NCBI GenBank assembly: GCA_963758915.1
Contig: CAVWXH010000005.1
Span: 1 to 64,000 of the forward strand
Direction: 5' to 3'
Source: an uncultured Methanomicrobiales archaeon
GTDB taxonomy: Archaea > Halobacteriota > Methanomicrobia > Methanomicrobiales > Methanospirillaceae
Length of the DNA: 64,000 nucleotides
The translations under genes and the position numbers were made by a program. This document shows positions 53,663-63,064 of this stretch, one piece after another. Within the stretch, counting starts at the first letter, position 1, and every line of letters starts with the position of its first letter. The notes beneath the pieces are model-generated. The model made no database searches, was not told the origin of the DNA, and saw only the letters and a list, made by a program, of their open reading frames with translations.

Positions 53663-54238
53663 CATCGCCAGGACCCCGGTGAAGAACGGATTTCCGACAA
53701 TGCCATTGTATGCCGATGACAAGGCGGCCATGTCAAATCCCAGTTGTTTTGCAGCTGATCCCCGGGCGATGCGGAATTTGTCCCGGATCCATGAAGAGAT
53801 CTGGGGGACCAGGATGTTGAGCGTCCCCTCAGGTCCGACACTCGCACCGGAGATGAGTGTGATGATGGAAGAGAGGAAAGCGCCAGGAAAGACACGGTAG
53901 TTGGTTACCAGTTTTTGTTCCTTCATGTTTTCCACGAAACCGCCATTGATCACGGTTGGTGCATGCAGGTATTTCTGGCAAAGCCCGACCAGGAGCGAGA
54001 AAAAGAGCACTCCCACGGGTATCGTCCACCGGTTGGCCAGGACAAATTCATTCTCGACCCAGATTGCCTTGGTAAGAAACGCGTACAGGGCCATGAACCC
54101 CGCGGTAAAGGCAATGGCAATGAGCGCAATGATGATGATTGCCAGAAAGAACGTGCCTGTCCACTGGAATGGCTGATCATCATCAATCCGTGGCTCCGGT
54201 GGTACCGGGTTACCTGGTGTGTCTTCCTGAACTGGCAT
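53636..54238 (-). pseudogene. ClC chloride channel/antiporter, N-terminal half only
   Basis: TLISGASVGPEG (gating-Glu motif), AYNGIVGNPF. Ends after ~190 aa where it collides with the rhodanese 3' end. Confidence 0.7.
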
Positions 54239-54622
54239 ATTTGTTCTACTCTTCTTTTCTTCTTCCCTGATTTATAAGAACCGATTCATATATTTGGTCG
54301 ATTCCTGGTTACTATTCCCATCATATTGTTGGGGCCACGGGTCCCTGCCATGATGTTTCAGGGTTACATTTCAACAGCCACCAATGGAATCCTGATTGTA
54401 TGTCTGATATTCGCCATCTGGCGATAATTAATGCAATCGTATCTGTTCTAAGTAGTTGTGTCCAAAGGTCAGATTGAGAAAAAACCCTGGAGATTCACGG
54501 ATCTGTTCTGAAATAAAACCTTGTCCAGAAAAAAAGAAAATCACCAGGAGACGATTAAAAAAATATGAACAGATAAATACTAAAAAATCAATTAAACCAG
54601 ATTGCATAAGGAGGAATAAAAA

Positions 54623-55204
54623 TTGGTAGAATACGGCCCGATACAGATGATTGCGATTGGATTTCCAGACATTGAGAAACTTGATGGTGCACTTCTCAAA
54701 GAGATTTTCCAGCTGAGTGAAGCAAGGCTGATACGAGTACTGGGGCTTCTCGCGGTTGTAAAGGATGAAAAAGGAAAAATTGCATCAGTCCAGATTACGG
54801 AACTTTCGGATGAAGACAGGGTAAAACTGGGTGCCGCAGTCGGAGCACTAATCGGTTTTGGTGCTGCCGGCGGGGAAGGTGCAATCGCCGGTGCACAAGC
54901 CGGAGCGGAACGGGCTGCCCATAAGGATTTTGGACTTACCAGGAACCAGATTAATGATATTGCAAAGAATATACCCAATAACACAGCCGCCGGTCTCCTG
55001 CTCATCGAGCACCTGTGGGCGAAGAAATTCAAGGAAATAGCCATGAAAAAGCACGGGGTCGTCCTTGCCAACAGCTTCATATCGCCCCTGGAACTCGTTG
55101 AACTCGGTGCAGAACTTGCAGACGGAGCCAGAGCCGCTGAAAAAGCACTCGATCAGTTACGAATTACAAGGCGGCCCATGTGGTTAAAAAGATTCTCAAC
55201 ATAG
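54623..55204 (+). CDS. DUF1269/DUF6325-like protein with glycine zipper
   Basis: Paralog of 46163-46693. TTG start after AGGAGG. C-terminal tail may be a frameshift artefact. Confidence 0.85.
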   Translation: MVEYGPIQMIAIGFPDIEKLDGALLKEIFQLSEARLIRVLGLLAVVKDEKGKIASVQITELSDEDRVKLGAAVGALIGFGAAGGEGAIAGAQAGAERAAHKDFGLTRNQINDIAKNIPNNTAAGLLLIEHLWAKKFKEIAMKKHGVVLANSFISPLELVELGAELADGARAAEKALDQLRITRRPMWLKRFST

Positions 55205-55370
55205 TTCAACTCATCATACCTTTTTAACACCCGTTTTTTGGAAATTTTAGATTGATTGATTACAGGTTGTTACGTAAGATTTTCCTTGGTTTTTTCTATC
55301 GGTATCTTTTAAATGAATCTACCAATATGTACTGTTGTTACCCATTGAATGGGTTCAGGAGACGACATCT

Positions 55371-56093
55371 ATGATGGAAGCACCGATGAAGATTACAATG
55401 GATTATGCCCAGGCATCTGAAACCCTAAAAACCTCCCTGAAGTTGAAGGGATCCCCCGTTGCAGTGGGTTTTGCAACAACCGCGGATGAGATCCCACCCG
55501 GGATGCCTGAAATCGATAAAGCAATCAAGCACTGCATGATGGTCGGCCTTGCCAGGAACGAAGGGAAAATCTTCTATGCCACTGCAGAGAAGCACGAGTG
55601 CAATGGCGGTGCCTGGGCGTTGGGACTCAAAGACCTCTCCCCGACCCTGAAAACCGGCAAATTTTATTTTAAACTGGGAAAATATGCGAGTACACCAGCC
55701 TGTAAAAGGACGATGAACAGCATACCACACCTTGGCACGGGAGATATTTATGCAACCATGTATGCTCCGCTCGAAAAGACACCGTTCACCCCGCATGTCA
55801 TCCTTGTTATTACCACCCCATGGTCAATGCTGAAACTTGCACAATCTTCATTATTCAAGCTGGGCGGCCGGGCACATGCCGAGTTCTCAGGGATCCAGTC
55901 TGTCTGTTCGGACTCAGTTGCAAAAGTCTACCTCAGCGGAAAGCCGAACTTCTCCCTCGGTTGCGATGGTTCCAGGAAATTTTCCGGTATTAACGATGAT
56001 GAAATGGTAATGGGCTTCCCTGCTGAAATGCTGCCAGAGATGGTGGACGCTGTGAAAATTATCACCCAGGCGCCAGGGTCAAAGAAGATTTAA
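55371..56093 (+). CDS. DUF169 family protein
   Basis: LKGSPVAV, HCMMV, HECNGG..ALG, GIQSVC, SLGCDGSR. Confidence 0.9.
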   Translation: MMEAPMKITMDYAQASETLKTSLKLKGSPVAVGFATTADEIPPGMPEIDKAIKHCMMVGLARNEGKIFYATAEKHECNGGAWALGLKDLSPTLKTGKFYFKLGKYASTPACKRTMNSIPHLGTGDIYATMYAPLEKTPFTPHVILVITTPWSMLKLAQSSLFKLGGRAHAEFSGIQSVCSDSVAKVYLSGKPNFSLGCDGSRKFSGINDDEMVMGFPAEMLPEMVDAVKIITQAPGSKKI

Positions 56094-56356
56094 TCCACAT
56101 AGTTTTTATTTTACCCGGTACCCATTCATCCAGGCTACTTCAGAAAGAGCAATTTCTCCCGTTTTTTTGAAAACAACACCTTTAAAGCGGGTATTGATGG
56201 TCATAGCGTCATCAGATCATAGTGCTTGGAAAAAATATTAAAATCAATAAGAACGACAATCATGAGTTCACACTAATACAGCCGGATTTTGAAGGAATCT
56301 ATCGAACAGTAACAAAAAAGAATATCCCGGAATAACCCCGGGTGTAATTCAGATAA

Positions 56357-56464
56357 TTATTTTTTCTCTTCCTTTTTTGCTTCTTCCTTCGCTTCTTTCT
56401 TGTCTTCTTTCCGTCCTTTCACTGCTTTAACCGCTGCTACTTTTCCAAGAAGTCCCATGTTCAT
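56357..56464 (-). CDS. 35-aa K/E-rich small protein
   Basis: MNMGLLGKVAAVKAVKGRKEDKKEAKEEAKKEEKK*, with GGAGAG RBS. Confidence 0.55.
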   Translation of the reverse strand: MNMGLLGKVAAVKAVKGRKEDKKEAKEEAKKEEKK

Positions 56465-57034
56465 CTCTCCTGCCACAACTGGAACTCTTTTGATCAGTTA
56501 TCTTTCCGTTGGGCTAAAGGTAAACTGTTCTTTATACGGTTTAAACCTTTGGGTGTTACAACGCTAAATTAGTGTTAATCCTGCGAAAATCAATACGCAA
56601 ATCGAAGTTGTCCAGGGAAACGATTCAGAGGTCCGGGGGGTGGAGACCGTATGGTGCTATGGATCCGGAATGGCACATGTGGGAAATAAAGGCAATTTTC
56701 AGGTATTTTAGTCCTAAATCCCTCTTAAACAGGCCTGTTGAATATTGACTCAAAAGGGACATAATTCGGGCTTTTTATAGGTGTAAGGGGGGGTGAAATT
56801 CCTTGAGGATGATGAATCCCTTCTTGGGTAGTTACATCAGGGGGTTATTGCCCGCTAATTCGGTCATACTTCAGGTATTTGCTCCAACAACCCTGCGGAA
56901 TTCAGGGCTGGAATTTGTTGAGCCGGATCAAACGTTACTGGCATCGGACCGTGCCTGAATTAATATAAGTGGCTGGATCACTATACCCTATACCACAGGT
57001 ACGTCTGTACGGCGTAGTTCCCGGGTGTGTCGGT

Positions 57035-57604
57035 ATGAAAGAGATAAAAATCGCAAAAACTCTGACAAATGGAAAGATCGCGATTGATATGTGGTTTAAA
57101 ACGCTTGACCAGCTGTTTGATGCATCAGATCCGTTTCCGTTTCCGGAAAAGGAATTAACAGACCTTGCAGAAGACTCGATATTTGAGTCGGTCATCGATC
57201 TGTACCTCCGGAAGGATTTCGATCTGGTATTACACATCCCGAGTGGCAGTGTTTCACCTGCAGATGAAGACCAGCTTGCGAATGCCGTGAGACGCCATTT
57301 TTCTTTCCGCCTGGACGACCTTGCACGCGAAAAAAAATCTTCATGGAGAGAGGGGCAGGTAAGTGTCCTTCTCGCCATAATGAACGCATTTATTGGCGTC
57401 TTTGTGTTCTATTATCTCTATTATGTCAATTCCGCTACATCGTTTATCTCAAGTCTCGTTGTCGGGGTCTTTGTGATCATCAACTGGGTGACAATCTGGG
57501 ACACGTATGAGTATTTTGTCTATGACTGGCGAAAACTCTGGAGAAAATACCGGGTATATGAAAAACTGACCCGGGTGAACGTGATCATACGACAGACATA
57601 CTAG
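57035..57604 (+). CDS. Conserved hypothetical 2-TM protein (paralog of 12607, 59530)
   Basis: MKEIKI...DPFPFPEKELTD...RRHFSFRLDDLAREKKSSWREG. Confidence 0.85.
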   Translation: MKEIKIAKTLTNGKIAIDMWFKTLDQLFDASDPFPFPEKELTDLAEDSIFESVIDLYLRKDFDLVLHIPSGSVSPADEDQLANAVRRHFSFRLDDLAREKKSSWREGQVSVLLAIMNAFIGVFVFYYLYYVNSATSFISSLVVGVFVIINWVTIWDTYEYFVYDWRKLWRKYRVYEKLTRVNVIIRQTY

Positions 57605-57911
57605 TGTCTCACCATTAGCCTATAAAGGAGCCCAACCACCTGGTTTCCAGGGGTTCCATTGGTGTGGGTGTGGCAGTGATACCGGTGGGCAGCAATGAAA
57701 AGGCCCGCCGTACCTCACCTTACCATCTGATGGTGACCCTGAAACGGGGCTTATCAACCCAAAACCCGTTATCATTCCGGATGGCCCAACCGAAAAAATA
57801 ACAGCGGGCAATTAAAAAAATTCACCTGGGTGAAGAGGTCGGCGATGAACGGGGACCTGATAATCAGAAATCTTAATCAGGATGGCAGATGAAGATACTG
57901 CTGGTATTACT

Positions 57912-58469
57912 ATGTCTGAAAACATGACCCCGTCGCTCAATGTGACACCGGGAACACACCTGTTCCCCTGGTGGCTTGTCCTTATCCAGGGTATTATTAC
58001 CCTTATCCTTGGGATATTCCTGCTTTACTACCCGTATGGGACTCTCCTGGTGCTGGTCACCTTCCTCGGTGCCTACTGGTTCGTCAGTGGCCTGTTTGGT
58101 CTCATAAGCCTGTTCGTCGATCGAACGAATGCTGGTTGGAAAATTCTGTTTGGTATCCTCGGTATTATTGCCGGTATCGCTATCCTGACCTACCCGTTGT
58201 ACAGTACGTTCGTCGTCCCCTATATTTTCATTATCTTCGTTGGTATTTGGGGACTCATTATGGGATTCATGGGCATCTTTGCAGCCTTTAAGGGTGGCGG
58301 ATGGGGTGCCGGTATTATCGGTATCCTCCTGATTATCTTCGGTTGCATAATCCTTGCCAACCCGGTTGTAACCGTCCTGATGCTGCCGTATATCCTCGGG
58401 GGTTTCGGGATTATCGGTGGAATAGCTGCCATTATCGGCGCTTTCATGCTCAAGGGCCAGACCGCATAA
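57912..58469 (+). CDS. HdeD/DUF308 family protein
   Basis: Near-identical protein to 34360-34926. Confidence 0.9.
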   Translation: MSENMTPSLNVTPGTHLFPWWLVLIQGIITLILGIFLLYYPYGTLLVLVTFLGAYWFVSGLFGLISLFVDRTNAGWKILFGILGIIAGIAILTYPLYSTFVVPYIFIIFVGIWGLIMGFMGIFAAFKGGGWGAGIIGILLIIFGCIILANPVVTVLMLPYILGGFGIIGGIAAIIGAFMLKGQTA

Positions 58470-58733
58470 ATTGCCCGGAAACCCGGGCCTGTTTAATCTT
58501 TTTTATTTAAGTGTTTGAAAACCGTCCTATAACCCGGTCAAATTTCTTAATCCTGCCAACAGGAGATCCTCACGAATAGTGAAGAACCGGCTTGCCGGCA
58601 GAGAGAAAAAAGATCTATGGTAATCTGTTTTGAATTCTTTCCCTGGTTGATAAGGGATCTAACTATGAATAAACGTCTGATAATTTTTGGGAAATGAAAA
58701 ACAGGTCCCTCCTGCAGGATAAAAAAATTCCCC

Positions 58734-59273
58734 TTATTCTCCTGAACTTCTCTCCATCAGCCCCACGATAACACTGAGGACTCCGAGGAAAACCAGGTAT
58801 ATCCCGAATACCTGCAGGAGAAGAACGGCAGAAGAAAGTGGCGGATAGAACAGGATAAGTAATCCGAAAATTGTGGATATTATCCCTTTCAATGCAAGAA
58901 GGCCCTTTCGCGTTTCAGCGTAGGTAATGGACAGGATCATGTTCTGGAAACCCATTACAATTGCCCAGATGGCAATTACATACACGACGATTGTGGCGGA
59001 CTCCTGTGGAAAGATGATAATGATACAACCAAGTACGAGTAACAAAATTCCAATGATCATTAACGGCCACTGGAGATAGGAATCCTCCTCAGAAACGCTG
59101 TATCCGGATATGATAAGGCCGATAGAGGTGACTATCACCACGAATGAAACAAGGAGGAGCAGGAAGGGACCTGCAATGGATGGGAACAGCAGGGCAAAAA
59201 ACCCGACAATTACTGCGAATAACCCGGTAAGAATACTGGTCTTCCAGTTCAGGCTTCCGAGTCCAGGGATCAT
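58734..59273 (-). CDS. HdeD/DUF308 family protein
   Basis: W.TSILTG...P; IAIWAIVMG; GIISTIFG. Six TMs. Confidence 0.85.
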   Translation of the reverse strand: MIPGLGSLNWKTSILTGLFAVIVGFFALLFPSIAGPFLLLLVSFVVIVTSIGLIISGYSVSEEDSYLQWPLMIIGILLLVLGCIIIIFPQESATIVVYVIAIWAIVMGFQNMILSITYAETRKGLLALKGIISTIFGLLILFYPPLSSAVLLLQVFGIYLVFLGVLSVIVGLMERSSGE

Positions 59274-59529
59274 GTAATCCACCTTGAATGAACTGCCATA
59301 GTAAACCACCAGTTAATCAGGGAGATATGAATACCTGTACCAGCCCTGATTTGTCCTTAATTGATCACGTCAATATTTAATACTCGTTATATCAGGAATA
59401 CCTGACGGAACGGTGGGAGCCTTGACAAACTTGTCCGGGACTTTTGTGTACTTCAATTGATATAGGTAACGAAATTATCATAGTATACGCAATAATTATG
59501 TCCGTACGTTATTACTCACAGGTGTTGGA

Positions 59530-60096
59530 ATGAAAGAGATCAAAATTACCCAGACCACGACCGATGGCAGGGGAGCTGTTGAGATGTGGTTTAAATCGCT
59601 GGACCAGCTCTTCGATACATCCGATCCCTTTCCGTTCCCGGAAAAGGAGTTGACGGATATGGCCGAGGATGCAATATTCGAGTCGTTCATCGATTTATCT
59701 CTCCGGAAAGATGTTGATTTGGTAGTACATATACCAAAAGGGAGTGTGTCTCCAGGTGAAGAAGACCAGCTGGCTAATGCCGTGAGACGCCATTTCTCGT
59801 TCCGCCTGGATGACCTTGCCCGGGAAAAAAAATCATCCTGGAGAGAGGGAAAGGTAAGCGTCCAAATCGCCATCCTCACCCTGGCATTAAGCATTGTTGT
59901 GTTTTATTTCTATTATCTCTCTCCGGTGGTCGGTTTTGCCTTCCAACTGCTGATTGGAGTCTTCATTATTGTCAACTGGGTAGCAATCTGGCATACCTAC
60001 GAGTATTTTGTGTATGATTACCGGAAACTGTGGAGAAAATTCCGGGTATATGACAACCTGACCCGGGTGAACGTGGTCATCCGGCAGACGATATAA
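59530..60096 (+). CDS. Conserved hypothetical 2-TM protein (paralog of 12607, 57035)
   Basis: Same DPFPFP / RRHFSFRL / YEYFVY motifs. Confidence 0.85.
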   Translation: MKEIKITQTTTDGRGAVEMWFKSLDQLFDTSDPFPFPEKELTDMAEDAIFESFIDLSLRKDVDLVVHIPKGSVSPGEEDQLANAVRRHFSFRLDDLAREKKSSWREGKVSVQIAILTLALSIVVFYFYYLSPVVGFAFQLLIGVFIIVNWVAIWHTYEYFVYDYRKLWRKFRVYDNLTRVNVVIRQTI

Positions 60097-60230
60097 GAAG
60101 GTAGGCGGAATCCCTGCCTTAATTACTGTTTTCCCTTCTGCCAGCCCCAGCTTTCGGGCCCAATCAGGAACATACGTGGGTACCGGTTCACGGCACCAGC
60201 GAATCCCTAAAAAAAGCACCTGCCCGGGGG

Positions 60231-63047
60231 TTATACCTGGGCGGGCACTGCGACGGGAGGAGTTGCCGGATTGTGCTTGCGACGGCTGCGCAGGAAGACC
60301 TTCATGATCTCGTAGACCAGGAGCAGGGCGATTGCTAACCCGATGCAGAGCAGCCACTGGCTTCCGTTCAGCGAGGTCAGGCCAAGTCCTGCCTGCAGGA
60401 AATTCAACTGGGTCGGCAGGAAGATGAGCAGCAGGGCCAGGCCGTTGAGCATCAGCTGGTGCCGATCGTCTAAGATATTCCGGTTGAATGCTGTCAGGGT
60501 TTCACTGTGGCAGCTGATACCACTCATAACAACGAAGAGTGAGAACATGACGAACGCCATGGTAGCGGCCACCGCGGCTCCCACCGGCGCAGCGACTGCT
60601 TCCACGACCAGGGTACCAGCCGCCATGAGTATCCCGATAAAGCCGATGCGGACCCATTGCGAACCCGAGAGAACGGGCTGGCTGATCGGGCGTGGCTTGC
60701 GGTCCATCAGCCCGGGTGCAGGCTTGTCGAAACCAAGGGAGACGGCGACCGGTACCTGGACCAGGAAGTTGATCCACAGGACGACGAATGGTGCAAACGG
60801 CACACCGCCGGCGATGTAGAAGAATGCTGCACCCAGGTATGCCACGATGTATGCCACCAGGTTTGTCATCTGGAAGCGAATGAAATTGGACAGGTTTTCG
60901 TAGATCCCCCTGCCAAACTCCACTGCTTTGACAATGGTGGCGAAGTTGTCGTCTGTCAGGATCATCACGGCGGCCCCTTTCGAGACCTCGGTCCCCGTGA
61001 TCCCCATTGCAACGCCAATGTCCGCCTTCTTGAGGGCCGGCGCATCGTTGACGCCGTCCCCGGTCATGGCGACGATGTTCTGCTGGCGCTGCAGGAGGTC
61101 CACCAGGCGGATCTTGTCCTCGGGGGCCACACGTGCCACCACACCGATTTCCGGCAGCTCTTTCATCAGCTGGTCATCACTCATGGCTTTGAACTCTGCG
61201 CCGGTGAGCGCCTTACCCCCGATACCCAGCTCATGCCCGATGGCTGCGGCCGTCACCGCATGGTCACCGGTGATCATCCGTACCTGGATGCCGGCGCTGT
61301 GGCACCTGGCGATAGCGTCCCGTGCCTCGGGACGTGGCGGGTCGACGATACCTACCATGGCCAGAAGCGTGAGGTCGGTCACCTGGTCGACCAGCTTAGC
61401 CGTCGGATCGAAGGTCTGCGGGTCGAAATCGCGACGTGCGACTACCATCACCCGTTCACCTGCCTGCGCCATGCGGTCGTTTTCCTCGTATGCAAGGGGA
61501 AGTTTCTCTTCAGTAGCCGGCATGACCTCCCCGCCTGGCATCCAGTACCAGTTGCTGCGGGCGATCAGTACATCCGGGGCACCTTTAACAAAGCAGCGGA
61601 CAACCGGCCTGCCCTGCTCATTGGTCATGTTGTGAAACGTCGCCATGAACTTGTAGTCAGAATCGAACGGCACCTCGGCCAGACGGGGGTACATTTCTCG
61701 TGCCCCATCCACGCTGATCCCGCCTTTCTCTGCCAGAACAATTAACGCACCCTCGGTAGGATCGCCGATTAAGGTACCGTTGTCGAGCCGGGCGTCGGCG
61801 CACAATGCCATGGGAAGGAGGATCGGATCGAGGTCAACCCTTGCTCCACCGGAGCTCAGCAGCTTGCCTTCAGTACTATAGGTCAGCGTATTCTTCTGCC
61901 AGGGTTGTAATCCTGCTATACCTCCGGCCAGGGCCATGGCCCCCTGTGTGCCGTAGCCTTCCCCGGTTACCCGGAAACGGTTCTGGCCGGGGATGGTAAA
62001 CTCGCGGGCTGTCATCTTGTTGAGGGTCAGGGTACCGGTCTTATCGGAGCAGATTGCCGATACCGAGCCCAGTGTCTCGACCGATGGCAGCCGTTTGACG
62101 ATGGCGCCAAGGCTTGCCAGTGCCCGCGTCCCCATGGAGTACATCGTGGTCACGACAGCAGGCAGGCCGGTGGGTATAGCCGCAATAGCGAGGGCAATGC
62201 CTGCGAGGAATATCGTCTCGAAGGAATCCCCGTGGCCCAGGCCCAGGATAACCATCAGGACAAATGCCAGACCGGCCATGCCGGCGATGATGATGATCAA
62301 CTTGTCCAGCTGTTTCTGCAATGGCGTCTTGTCGGATTTTGTCTTGTTGAGCAGGTCGGCGATGTGGCCCATCTCGGTGCCCATCCCGGTGGTGGTCACG
62401 ATCATCTCGCCGCGGCCGCGGGTCACTGCGGTGTTCATGAAGGCCATGCAAAGGCGGTCGCCGAGCGGGACATCAGGACTGGTAATTGCCCCGGTGTCCT
62501 TGGGAGAGGCAACGCTCTCGCCGGTCAGGGCCGCCTCCTCGATCTCGAGGGTCGCCGTAACGAACAGGCGCCCATCGGCCGGCACGCGGTTGCCTGCCTC
62601 CATCAGCACGATGTCGCCCGGGACCAGCCCCTCCGCTTCGATCTCAACCGCTACGCCGTCGCGGCGTACACGGGTGATGTTCTTCATCATCTTCTCGAGT
62701 GCGGCAAGGCTGGCCTCGGCCTTAGCCTCTCCGTGCAGCCCCAGTATTGCGTTGAAAACTGTCAGGCCCAGCAGCACCACGGTCGTGCCCGCTTCGCGGG
62801 TGACCACCAGGCTGATCAGGGCCACACCTACTAAGAGGATCTGCATGAAGTCCTTGTACTGGCGCAGGAAAGCCTGCCAGCCCTTCTCCTTCTTCTTGGC
62901 GGCCAGGACGTTGGGGCCGTACTGTTGCAGGCGCTGCCCGGCCTCGGCCGTGTCGAGCCCTTTTGCCGGATCAACCTTCAGTTGCTCTGCAACTGCCTCC
63001 GGTGTCATCGAATACCATTTCAGTTGTTCCTGTACCGTGTCTGCCAT
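60231..63047 (-). CDS. P-type ATPase, type II-like fold with atypical transport site
   Basis: LTGES, DKTGTLT, GDPTE, KGAPD, DPPR, MITGDH, TGDGVNDAPAL, 10 TMs. M4 reads IPTGLP. Confidence 0.95.
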   Translation of the reverse strand: MADTVQEQLKWYSMTPEAVAEQLKVDPAKGLDTAEAGQRLQQYGPNVLAAKKKEKGWQAFLRQYKDFMQILLVGVALISLVVTREAGTTVVLLGLTVFNAILGLHGEAKAEASLAALEKMMKNITRVRRDGVAVEIEAEGLVPGDIVLMEAGNRVPADGRLFVTATLEIEEAALTGESVASPKDTGAITSPDVPLGDRLCMAFMNTAVTRGRGEMIVTTTGMGTEMGHIADLLNKTKSDKTPLQKQLDKLIIIIAGMAGLAFVLMVILGLGHGDSFETIFLAGIALAIAAIPTGLPAVVTTMYSMGTRALASLGAIVKRLPSVETLGSVSAICSDKTGTLTLNKMTAREFTIPGQNRFRVTGEGYGTQGAMALAGGIAGLQPWQKNTLTYSTEGKLLSSGGARVDLDPILLPMALCADARLDNGTLIGDPTEGALIVLAEKGGISVDGAREMYPRLAEVPFDSDYKFMATFHNMTNEQGRPVVRCFVKGAPDVLIARSNWYWMPGGEVMPATEEKLPLAYEENDRMAQAGERVMVVARRDFDPQTFDPTAKLVDQVTDLTLLAMVGIVDPPRPEARDAIARCHSAGIQVRMITGDHAVTAAAIGHELGIGGKALTGAEFKAMSDDQLMKELPEIGVVARVAPEDKIRLVDLLQRQQNIVAMTGDGVNDAPALKKADIGVAMGITGTEVSKGAAVMILTDDNFATIVKAVEFGRGIYENLSNFIRFQMTNLVAYIVAYLGAAFFYIAGGVPFAPFVVLWINFLVQVPVAVSLGFDKPAPGLMDRKPRPISQPVLSGSQWVRIGFIGILMAAGTLVVEAVAAPVGAAVAATMAFVMFSLFVVMSGISCHSETLTAFNRNILDDRHQLMLNGLALLLIFLPTQLNFLQAGLGLTSLNGSQWLLCIGLAIALLLVYEIMKVFLRSRRKHNPATPPVAVPAQV

Positions 63048-63064
63048 CTTGTGGGCCTCCTTTT

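Noticed and set aside
242-55204. Roughly 25 frameshifts as programmed frameshifting, phase variation or mass pseudogenisation
   Set aside because: They are isolated single-base indels in unrelated genes on both sides of the chimeric junction, catalytic motifs are intact, and there is no shared slippery motif. This is typical of long-read error. Read polishing is needed to exclude real decay, especially in the integrase.
56731-56894. Second MITE (AGGCCTGTTGAATA ... TCCAACAACCCT)
   Set aside because: The ends match too poorly and there is no TSD or second copy.
34315-57880. Island-specific regulator motif (TCTTATA/TCTTAAT upstream of several genes)
   Set aside because: Position and sequence fit ordinary archaeal TATA boxes. 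No distinct palindrome is shared.
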